A DNA stretch of 34,319 bases, from positions 57,670,858 to 57,705,176 of the forward strand of contig NC_068991.1 of assembly GCF_001194135.2 (NCBI RefSeq), given 5' to 3'. A program made the position numbers and the translations under genes. This DNA is from Octopus bimaculoides (Eukaryota). A model generated the notes under the pieces. It had not been told where the DNA came from. It made no database searches and saw only the letters and a list, made by a program, of their open reading frames with translations. This document shows, piece after piece, positions 1 through 9,769 of this stretch. Each line of letters begins with the position of its first letter. Position 1 is the first letter of the stretch.

Positions 1-145
1 ACGCCATGATAGATCGCCGTGTTTTTCTCCTTGTTCTCACCGTATTCTTTCTGTTGAAGAGTGTAGCTCGAAACGTTAAAACTTTCTATATTCCCGAGCG
101 TTAAACTAATACATCCTTTTGTTGTTTACACCACCTGTCCTCGAC
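1..145 (+). mobile_element. Repeat fragment, possibly the terminus of a Penelope-like element
   Basis: Contains GAAGAG-TGTAG-CTC-GAAACGT (short stem followed by GAAAC), the layout seen at Penelope-like termini. It resembles, from memory, a common octopus repeat. No ORF. Confidence 0.3.
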
Positions 146-190
146 TGGCTTAATTAGAAAATGATCTTGGCCAAAATTGCGATACCCTTA

Positions 191-241
191 CAGTGGCGCC
201 CAGGGCATGTGCCCTGCTACACCACCCAAGCTACGCCACTG
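191..241. mobile_element. Small inverted-repeat remnant (possible hAT-like MITE end)
   Basis: CAGTGGCG (191-198) and CGCCACTG (234-241) are exact inverted repeats enclosing the hairpin CAGGGCA-TG-TGCCCTG (201-216). The right end reads GCTACGCCACTG. No TSD identified. Confidence 0.35.
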
Positions 242-380
242 TTGATATATATCTATATCTATATCCATATCTATATCTATATCTAGATAAAAATAGAGGA
301 AGATAAATGTTGAATATGACGGTAGAAGGTAGAAGGGCGGTGTGTAGTTGGTGCCCAGTTTAGTTATTTGTGTGTATAAA

Positions 381-554
381 AGAGGGAGAGAGAGAGAGAC
401 AGAGAAAGAGAAGAGAGAGTGAGAAAGAGAAGAGAGGGAGAGAGAGAGAGAGAAAGAGAAGGGAGAGAGTAAAAGAAAAGAAAGTTAAAAAAGACGTAAT
501 GGGAAACGTATGGGCGAAACGAATATTAAAGTCATGAGAATATGAGTTTAACAG

Positions 555-604
<50 letters not shown>

Positions 605-614
605 NNNNNNNNNN

Positions 615-659
<45 letters not shown>
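381..659. repeat. Compound GA-rich / (GATA)n / (GA)n microsatellite around a 10-N gap
   Basis: Directly visible: GA-rich 381-475, (GATA)n ~556-604, N 605-614, (GA)n 615-659. Confidence 0.95.
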
Positions 660-660
<1 letters not shown>

Positions 661-937
661 GGACGGGGTGAGGGGAAGGGAAGAGAGTGAGAGAATGAAG
701 AAATGAGGTTGGAGAAATAGAGATGCACATCTCATTGTGATGTGTAGATAGGCTCGTGGTCACTTTGTGTGTTAGACAAATGGTGAAAAATTGAGTGACA
801 GAAAGAAGGAAAAGGAGAGAGAATTTAAGAAAGTGAAGAAATTGTTGTTTATATGTGTGAAAAGGAGAAATTTCCTTTCTCTTTGTTGTAAGTAGTTAAA
901 AGTAGAGACTATCTTTCTATGTATGTATATATATGAA

Positions 938-944
938 TCTATCA

Positions 945-1001
<57 letters not shown>

Positions 1002-1145
1002 ATCTTTCGATTTGTCTCTCTGTCTATCTGTGCATATACATACAGCGACACACAGATACACACATGCGCAGACACACAGACACAGACACATATACGCACA
1101 TATGCATATATAAATATATTTGTACACGATGCATATATATGTATA

Positions 1146-1183
<38 letters not shown>

Positions 1184-1320
1184 TATTTATATACATACAT
1201 ATGCACAAACAAATGTACATGTGTATATATTTACATTCATATATATATATATTTGTATGTATTCATAAACAAAGAGAAAGAGAGGGAGAAACAGAAAGAG
1301 ATAGAGAGAAAGAGAGAGCG
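938..1320. repeat. Compound (TATC)n, (CA)n, (TA)n, (GA)n microsatellite
   Basis: Directly visible simple repeats. Confidence 0.95.
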
Positions 1321-1574
1321 AATTGCATATTGCAATCGATAGCAAATGTCTACGTTTGTAACAGGCGAAGGTGAGTGTGGGAGAGAAAATACATTTATTG
1401 TCTGTGTTAATGGTACAGAAAACATTTTTATTCCCTGTTTTTCTTTTCTTTTCTCACAGAGAAATATTGTGCACTTTAGAGACATCTAATGTAAAACGTT
1501 CTGTCACTTACGCTTCAAAATGAGACTGAATGTAGTCAATGAATGCTTGACAGCAACTAATAACAGCTAATTTA

Positions 1575-1664
<90 letters not shown>
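1575..1664. repeat. (TAC)30 trinucleotide microsatellite
   Basis: Perfect 90-bp TAC run, possibly the simple-repeat tail of the adjacent repeat. Confidence 0.97.
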
Positions 1665-1960
1665 CATCATTGAGTGAGAGACCAGAACACACTATCAAGG
1701 TGACGCTAGGGAACAAATATACGAGACCAAATATATCTTACCCGTCTCATATGAGTACATCAGGTATATGTTCATGACATGGTGATCTTATATGTAGATA
1801 GACATGTGCTAGCAGGTGGAGAACCAGTTAGGAGTTTCTTCAAGTCGAGTAGCCCATCCCGCTCAAAAAATTCCTGAATAAGTGTTGTTTAATGACGATG
1901 AACACGACGCTCATGTTTTCAGTGGCGAATTATTTAAAGCACCAACGAATCCTTCTCAAG
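1665..1960 (-). mobile_element. Interspersed repeat fragment, probably a retroposon 3' end with a (GTA)n tail
   Basis: Abuts the TAC run directly. The stretch GACATGGTGATCTTATAT...GCAGGTGG...TCGAGTAGCCCATCCCGCTCAAAA matches my recollection of a high-copy octopus repeat (not searched). Strand is inferred from the position of the tail. Confidence 0.45.
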
Positions 1961-2321
1961 GCAGATAAAGACGTATCTCGGGGAGATGGTCTGATTTTGG
2001 CAAATCTCGAAGGGTCACACAGGGGACTGGGAAAGATACCGGAAAATATGGATGAAACAATGCATGACCCCACACCAGACCTGAAGCACCAATTCAAACG
2101 GCTTCAGTTTCAATCTTGCACATTCTGGTTAACTTCATATCGATGGCCGCACAGCCTTGGCCATTAACATTAGGCCACCCCATTGTTTGGGGGTTCTGCT
2201 ATCTCAATGGTAATGAAATTCGTGCACATAGTAGATTATGGCATATTTCACACTATATATTAGTTTTAATATCTGGTTGACCCTCCTTTAGCATCAGTTA
2301 CCGTTCTTATACTTTACTGTA

Positions 2322-2817
2322 CATATGCAACAAATTATAATTAAGACCATCGTCCAAAATTAACTTATGTTTCCTTGATTATTTCAGTGTTTTATGCTAA
2401 AATACATTATAGATGCAGTTAATAAACAGTAAAAGGCCTAAAACAAGGGAGTTGAGTGGGTGTGAGCGAGATCAAATCGTAGCTCGCCATGAAGATGGAA
2501 TGTCTCAAAGCAAATTGCTCAGAAGATGAAATGCTCTCGATGTGCAGTGCAAACCGGCTTTCAAGCGCTTCAGAGAGACAAAATATCTGAAGAAGATACA
2601 AAGAACAGGTAGAAAAAAGGTTACATCACCTCGTGATGACATATCCATCATCCGTCAGTCGTTCAGAAACAAGAGAAAAACATCGTCGGCGCTCTGTGCA
2701 GATTTCACTGAGGCAAGTACTTCATCACAAATATCAACCAGACCTGCTTCTGTACGTCCACATATTAAGAAATACAACCTGAAGGAATTTGAAAATAGAG
2801 CAATAGAAACATCATAA
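2322..2817 (+). mobile_element. Decayed Tc1-family DNA transposon, 5' end with paired-like HTH domain
   Basis: From ATG 2413 across two frameshifts: RPKTRELSGCERDQIVARHEDGMSQ / KQIAQKMKCSRCAVQT / FKRFRETKYLKKIQRTGRKKVTSPRDDISIIRQSFRNKRKTSSAL. This fits the Tc1 N-terminal pattern (KTRELS..ER..IV...G.S...IA...CS...V; R.GR...T..R.D). Possible left end TA|CATATGCAACAAATTATAATTAAGACCA at 2320-2349. No DDE domain or right TIR seen. Confidence 0.8.
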
Positions 2818-3059
2818 ACCATCTCATTTGCGTCTTTTTTGACATTTGTTTATTGTAACGTTTGTTAAGTACCTTCTGTTTTTTCTTATTGTCTTCTTCC
2901 TTATCAGCGTCGATTGCTTAAACGAGGTCCACTTTAAAAGTAACTGAAAGACAATCTTCTTCACAGCTTGAAAAATTCTGAAATAAAGTAATGTTTTACC
3001 TAGGAAAACCTGTGTAGCTGTATTTAACATGATTCGTGGTTTTTATTATAACATTATGT

Positions 3060-3084
3060 ATAGATAGATAGATATGCATTCATA

Positions 3085-3140
<56 letters not shown>

Positions 3141-3154
3141 GTTATATATATATA
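3060..3154. repeat. (GATA)n/(TATC)n/(TA)n microsatellite before a gap
   Basis: Directly visible. Confidence 0.95.
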
Positions 3155-4662
3155 NNNNNNNNNNNNNNNNNNNNNNNNNNNNNNNNNNNNNNNNNNNNNN
3201 NNNNNNNNNNNNNNNNNNNNNNNNNNNNNNNNNNNNNNNNNNNNNNNNNNNNNNNNNNNNNNNNNNNNNNNNNNNNNNNNNNNNNNNNNNNNNNNNNNNN
3301 NNNNNNNNNNNNNNNNNNNNNNNNNNNNNNNNNNNNNNNNNNNNNNNNNNNNNNNNNNNNNNNNNNNNNNNNNNNNNNNNNNNNNNNNNNNNNNNNNNNN
3401 NNNNNNNNNNNNNNNNNNNNNNNNNNNNNNNNNNNNNNNNNNNNNNNNNNNNNNNNNNNNNNNNNNNNNNNNNNNNNNNNNNNNNNNNNNNNNNNNNNNN
3501 NNNNNNNNNNNNNNNNNNNNNNNNNNNNNNNNNNNNNNNNNNNNNNNNNNNNNNNNNNNNNNNNNNNNNNNNNNNNNNNNNNNNNNNNNNNNNNNNNNNN
3601 NNNNNNNNNNNNNNNNNNNNNNNNNNNNNNNNNNNNNNNNNNNNNNNNNNNNNNNNNNNNNNNNNNNNNNNNNNNNNNNNNNNNNNNNNNNNNNNNNNNN
3701 NNNNNNNNNNNNNNNNNNNNNNNNNNNNNNNNNNNNNNNNNNNNNNNNNNNNNNNNNNNNNNNNNNNNNNNNNNNNNNNNNNNNNNNNNNNNNNNNNNNN
3801 NNNNNNNNNNNNNNNNNNNNNNNNNNNNNNNNNNNNNNNNNNNNNNNNNNNNNNNNNNNNNNNNNNNNNNNNNNNNNNNNNNNNNNNNNNNNNNNNNNNN
3901 NNNNNNNNNNNNNNNNNNNNNNNNNNNNNNNNNNNNNNNNNNNNNNNNNNNNNNNNNNNNNNNNNNNNNNNNNNNNNNNNNNNNNCACACACACGCACAC
4001 ACACACACACATATATATATAAGTGCCTTTGTGAGTGTGTAGGTGTTGTGTGCAAAGAACGTATATAAAATCTATGTATAATATACATGTATATATATAA
4101 ACATTTATATATAATGTATTTACATATATGTACTTATATATTCAGATGGATAGTTGGATAAATATACAAATATATAAATACACTCATCGCCTTCATTGTG
4201 GCCCGATAAATCCTGTTGATATGAAATCAGTAATGCCTTTAGGATAATAAATAAGCTTCTAAAATAGTTTCCTATCACAGATTAGCTTAAGACAGTTTAT
4301 TTACCAATCCCGGTTCTTCTCCCTCTGCCTCTAGTCCTTCCCCCACTCCACATTATCTCCTTACATCATTCTTCCTTCAGAAAATGTTTGATTCGTAACA
4401 TATGCGGCATTTTAGCTGATGTGTGTTTGTGCGTGAGTGTGAATATATGTATATATATATGTATATATATATATATATATATATNNNNNNNNNNNNNNNN
4501 NNNNNNNNNNNNNNNNNNNNNNNNNNNNNNNNNNNNNNNNNNNNNNNNNNNNNNNNNNNNNNNNNNNNNNNNNNNNNNNNNNNNNNNNNNNNNNNNNNNN
4601 NNNNNNNNNNNNNNNNNNNNNNNNNNNNNNNNNNNNNNNNNNNNNNNNNNNNNNNNNNNNNT

Positions 4663-4749
<87 letters not shown>

Positions 4750-5062
4750 TTTATTCCCACTCAGTGATTTATATAAAGCTGTCTATCTAATTCTCTCAAA
4801 TGCTGCCTTAATTCATTTTGAAAGCGCCTATTGATACATATGTAAGTATATAGATTTCGTTTCTGTTTTGCAAGTTAAATATTCTTTGAGAAACATTAGA
4901 TAACATGATAGCCTGCAACCGCTGTAAATGGTACGAATAATGTGTAGTCCAAAGGACTATATGTAGACGTGAGAAAGAAAGAAAACACGTGCCAAGAAGT
5001 CTTCAGATTGCTGAACATGTAACGTCTTCTGTAGTGATGCAACATATGAAGCGCAAGTGGTT

Positions 5063-5275
5063 AGGGCGAGCTAGGAAAATCATTACAACCCTGGGAAAAT
5101 GCTTAGCGACATCTCAATCGTCTTTACGTTCTGAGTTCAAATGCGACAGGGGTCTACTCTCTGTTCAATCAATTCGGGATCGGTAAAATATGTAGGCGTT
5201 GGACACTGGGTTTGTGGGAATCGTCTTATCTCCTCCCCGAAACTTGTTTGCCCAGTGTCAAAATTTGAAATCAAT
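5063..5275 (+). mobile_element. tRNA-headed SINE, family A, diverged copy
   Basis: Aligns by eye to 31004-31207 and 31720-31915: GGCGAGCT..., AAAATGCTTAGC, TACGTTCTGAGTTCAAAT (B-box-like), 3' CAAAATTTGAAA. Confidence 0.8.
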
Positions 5276-6904
5276 ATATGATGTGAGATCTGTCACTCCC
5301 TCTCGTATTGAACATACCTCTGCCAATATGTTTGATGTGTGCGTAGAGGGTTGTGTGAAGTGAGTCTAGAAAAAAATGAGAAACGATAGACTGGTTCTCG
5401 CACATACGTACTTCCTGCAGTAGTATTAGCAACTGCTGGATACAAACGCGTACATGAGCAAGTGTCAACGTTCGTTAAGATAGCGGGAGCTTTTTTCACG
5501 GTAAATTGAATACTTTCGTTTCTTTTCATTTTGCATGCGGTCGAGGATGGTGAAGCGTTTAGTAGCGCGCCATATGAATCCTACTTTATTGTTGCAGAGA
5601 GCTAATCTCCTTAAGATTAGTTGTCGGGAAGCAGTTTTGGATCTGTTACAAGTACACATTCATTCGCGATTGCATTGTTTATGATGTTATCCCGGTTCAC
5701 ATAGCTGTAGAAATGAGTTGCGACGTTACTGGTGCCAATCTGTAGAAGCCTTTGCCTTTCCCTTGGATAAAATCAGTGACGTTGAGAGGGGAGGCTAGCA
5801 TGTATGTATGACTGTGCTGTTCCATAAACAACCTTGCCTGGACCTGTGCCTTGCATGGGAACATTTTATGTGCAATCCCATGATCATTTATGGCCGAAAG
5901 GGGTCTTTGCCCTTTATACAGAAACAGTTTTAGCATACTCACGCAGGTCCAAGACTATATACATAGAAAAAATATTAAATGTCCATTTCGAGACATCGTC
6001 TGAGAAGGCCAGTTTTCAGAATTCTATTGTTTATATTTTCCTCTACCCACTGCATGGACGCCCGTCCGTCATAGGATTAGTATATTTGCCAGCCGAGTTG
6101 GTAGAAGGGATATGAAATGGAGAGTCTGATCTAGGAATCGAAACGACAATTTTACGATCAAGAGTATTTGAAATTCGTCACAAATCAAAGTTCGATAATT
6201 TTTCAACATTGCTAAGGGCTGACATGATTAAGTGTATATGTATATAACTTTTACCCAATGACGAACTTCAGATTTTGTTGACCACGTAAAAAGTACATTT
6301 ATTTACAGTACACATAAATTTGTATGGAAATAAGTTTTTCTTTAATTTTCATAAATAAACCATTAAAACTGGGTTCGTATATGCGTGTAATTGTGTTTGT
6401 TAGGAAAACATTTTCTTGTAGATGCATTAACTCATTACAAATTTATATTCCACAATGAGGATAAGAAGCCATCAATCGAAATAAAATATCCGTGATGTAT
6501 TTCATATTCTATTAGTCATTTCAACAGGAATATTATCATTTTCATTGGAAATAAACATCAAATAAAATATAAATGTTTATTAAATTAAATCTGGCGATCT
6601 AATCATTCACTTTAATCGAATATGACTCAATACCGTTGCGATTTATATGGCTTCTGACGAAAATAATGCTTTGATGATATACACAATCTCAGATTACACA
6701 CACACACACACACACATTTACAGTTGCTCACAAACACACACATATGGTTACACATCGCACATCCCATATTCATTCACTCTTATGCATATACATAGATACG
6801 TACATATATACATAAATAAGTACATGTATATGTACATGCATACGTACATGAATATACATACGTGCATACATACAAAGAGACGCATACATTTTATGTACGG
6901 CTTT

Positions 6905-6965
6905 TATATTTTCCATTACTGTTTCCGAATTTTGGACTGCGGCCATGCTGGGGCAAGGCCGTCAA
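6905..6965 (-). mobile_element. SINE family B 3' tail fragment
   Basis: Reverse complement contains CCCCAGCATGGCCGCAGTC, matching CAGCATGGCCGCA (32720 region) and CCGGCATGGCCGCAGTT (7844 region). Confidence 0.7.
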
Positions 6966-7029
6966 TACTTCTACTCGGTCATACTGACACTGTTATTTCA
7001 GTATGTTTTACATTTTACCAACCTCTACA

Positions 7030-7071
7030 GCAATTACTTCACGTATATATATATATATATATACACATAAA

Positions 7072-7130
<59 letters not shown>

Positions 7131-7328
7131 AAGAAAGAAAGAGAGAGTGTGTCTGTGTGTTAGTGTGTGTGTGTTAGTGTGTGTGTGTGTTAGTGTGTGT
7201 TAGTGTGTGTTTGTGTGTTTATGCATTCGTGTTATGTATCCACACACACACCGACCCCCACATATATATGCACATATTTTTGTATTTTTGTGAGTGAGTG
7301 TGTGCGCGTGTGTATGTTTGCGTTTGTG
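7030..7328. repeat. Compound (TA)n/(GA)n/(GT)n microsatellite
   Basis: Directly visible. Confidence 0.95.
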
Positions 7329-7689
7329 NNNNNNNNNNNNNNNNNNNNNNNNNNNNNNNNNNNNNNNNNNNNNNNNNNNNNNNNNNNNNNNNNNNNNNNN
7401 NNNNNNNNNNNNNNNNNNNNNNNNNNNNNNNNNNNNNNNNNNNNNNNNNNNNNNNNNNNNNNNNNNNNNNNNNNNNNNNNNNNNNNNNNNNNNNNNNNNN
7501 NNNNNNNNNNNNNNNNNNNNNNNNNNNNNNNNNNNNNNNNNNNNNNNNNNNNNNNNNNNNNNNNNNNNNNNNNNNNNNNNNNNNNNNNNNNNNNNNNNNN
7601 NNNNNNNNNNNNNNNNNNNNNNNNNNNNNNNNNNNNNNNNNNNNNNNNNNNNNNNNNNNNNNNNNNNNNNNNNTATGTATATATATATA

Positions 7690-7890
7690 TATGTCTGTGT
7701 GTGTCCTCCAAACATCGCTTGACAAGCGATGCTCGTGTGCTTACGTCCCCGTACCTTAGCGGTTCGGTAAACGAATGTGATATAAGTATTGGGCTTACAA
7801 AAATAAGCCCTGGAGTCGATATTTTCAATTGAGGGCGGTGCTCCGGCATGGCCGCAGTTAAATGACTAAAGCATGTAAAAGAATAAAAGA
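7690..7890 (+). mobile_element. SINE family B, 3' half
   Basis: TTACGTCCCCGTACCTTAGCGGTTCGG...GGAGTCGAT...GGCGGTGCTCCGGCATGGCCGCAG...AAAAGAATAAAAG aligns to 32570-32771. Confidence 0.85.
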
Positions 7891-7895
7891 AGAAT

Positions 7896-8110
7896 ATATA
7901 CATACACACACACACACACACACACATGCATATGTCTATAATGCATATATATAATGGGTGTATATATATATATATATATGTGTGTGTATGTGTATATATA
8001 AAACAAGTATACGTAGACATGTATGCATACAAGCATATGTTTTGTTTTTATCAAAGGCCAGTAACTTTTCAGTACCCTCTCGTATATGCCCTGTATGCAT
8101 GTATGCATAG

Positions 8111-8177
<67 letters not shown>

Positions 8178-8319
8178 AACTATCTCTCTAACTATGTAGC
8201 TATCAATTTTTATCTGCGTGCTTTTTTCCTTCTGTCTTTCTTTCTCTCTCCCTCTCTCTACATATATATGCCTATACAAATGTATGTATAATTGTGTGTA
8301 TAAATATACCCATACACAT

Positions 8320-8363
<44 letters not shown>

Positions 8364-8430
8364 ACACACACTCGCACACATACACACACACACACTCACA
8401 AACACACATGCACACGCATACACATATATA
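7896..8430. repeat. Microsatellite cluster: (CA)n, (TA)n, (TATC)n at ~8108-8178, (CA)n
   Basis: Directly visible. Confidence 0.93.
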
Positions 8431-8874
8431 TATACACGAATGTGTGCGTTTTTATGACGTGTAACAGTATGTGTTTGTGTACATGTGTGCATATGTCTGT
8501 TTGTGATCACACCTGCACTTTTATGTATGCATCGTACTGAAGACTGTAACAGGAGGGATTCATAGCTTCAGGAAACACCTAATGATATTGCAGCGAAAAT
8601 ATTTGAAGACGTTTCTATTAATATTATACATTGTTGGTGATTACAGATATACTCACGAAACCGTAACATGGTAAGTCAACACCCGGTAGGTTACAATTTA
8701 TGGCAAATCTCATTTTCTTCACTGTTATTCATACATAATATATTTTACAAGCTCGGCACCACGCCGCTGATTTAAATTAAGTATACGATTGGAAACAGGG
8801 TTTGAAACTTCCATAATTTAAGTATCGTTTAGTATATGGCATTGTCTAAAAATATATTTCCCATCACGCATGTA

Positions 8875-9310
8875 TGGTAGTATGGTAAGAAGCTTCATTC
8901 ACAGCCACATGATTCCGGTTGCAGGTCCTTGGCATGTTTCTTCTACTATATAGCCATCGGCCGACGAAATCGTTGTGAGTTGGTTTGACAGACAAAATTT
9001 GAAAGAAGCCTGTCAAATATGTGCATGTGTGTGAGTGTGTGTGTGTATGTCTGTGTGTGTGTGTATGTCTGTGTATGTATGTGTATGTCTGTGTGTGCGT
9101 TTGTGTGTGTTTGAGTCTGTATGTGTCTCCCATCACCGCTTGCCAACCGGTTTTGTCATATTTACGTCCCCGTAACTTAGTGGTTCAACCAAAGGGACCG
9201 ATGGAATAAGTACCAGGCCTAAACCACAAAGTAAGTTCTAGGGTCGATTCACTCAACTAAAATTTCTTCATTTCAGAGCCACAGCAAAGCTTCAGTCAAA
9301 TAATTGAAAC
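8875..9310 (+). mobile_element. SINE family B, near full length with internal (TG)n tract
   Basis: GGTAAGAAGCTT...CCACATGATTCCGG...TCTTCTACTAT...GAAAGAAGCC, then (TG)n ~9020-9128, then TTACGTCCCCGTAACTTAGTGGTTC...GGGTCGATTC. Collinear with 32363-32771. Confidence 0.8.
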
Positions 9311-9315
9311 AAACA

Positions 9316-9470
9316 GGTGTTGGTATGTTTACGTCCCCGTACCGGAGCGGTTCGGAAAAGAGAACCGATGGAATAAGTAACAGGCCCCAAAAATGAGTAG
9401 GTACTGGGGTGGATTATTTCGTCTAAATATTCTTCAATGTGGATGCCCCATCATTGCTGAGTCTAATACT
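9316..9470 (+). mobile_element. Second SINE family B 3' half, in tandem
   Basis: GTTTACGTCCCCGTACCGGAGCGGTTCGG...CCGATGGAATAAGTA...GTACTGGGGTGGATT repeats 9160-9250. Confidence 0.8.
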
Positions 9471-9769
9471 TGAAGTATGTAAAATATATGAGATAAGAGA
9501 TCGGCTGATATATAAGCTCTCGTTTCCTGTATTTTGTTAGTCAGTACCTGTATCAATAGAATATGAAATGTGTTTAAAAACTGCCACATACGGTGAGGTA
9601 ATCTGTAATATAAATTGAACAAAGGGGACTGTTGTATTCTTTCTTGTCTCGAGGTTCACGGCCAAATGGCTGGGTGGATTCGCGGTGAAAACGGCAGACA
9701 TGTGGAGACGGATGCATAGATTGGAACGCGAGGGGTGCAAATTAATTCATGGAAAATGCTGAGCAGGGG

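Noticed and set aside
360-1374. ORFs rich in YI/LSIY/HT/CV/ER repeats here and throughout the window
   Set aside because: They are translations of (TA)n, (TATC)n, (CA)n and (GA)n microsatellites.
1892-2167. 91-aa ORF containing DLKHQFKRLQF, reminiscent of the Helitron FKRLQFP motif
   Set aside because: No flanking helicase motifs (no IPRI before, no AMTINK/GQ after), and the 5' part overlaps a different repeat. One short motif is not enough.
8537-8577. CTGAAGA...CAG-GAAAC hammerhead-like spacing
   Set aside because: No stem III or NUH triplet follows GAAAC, and CTGAAG pairs with CTTCAG, which would sequester the core.
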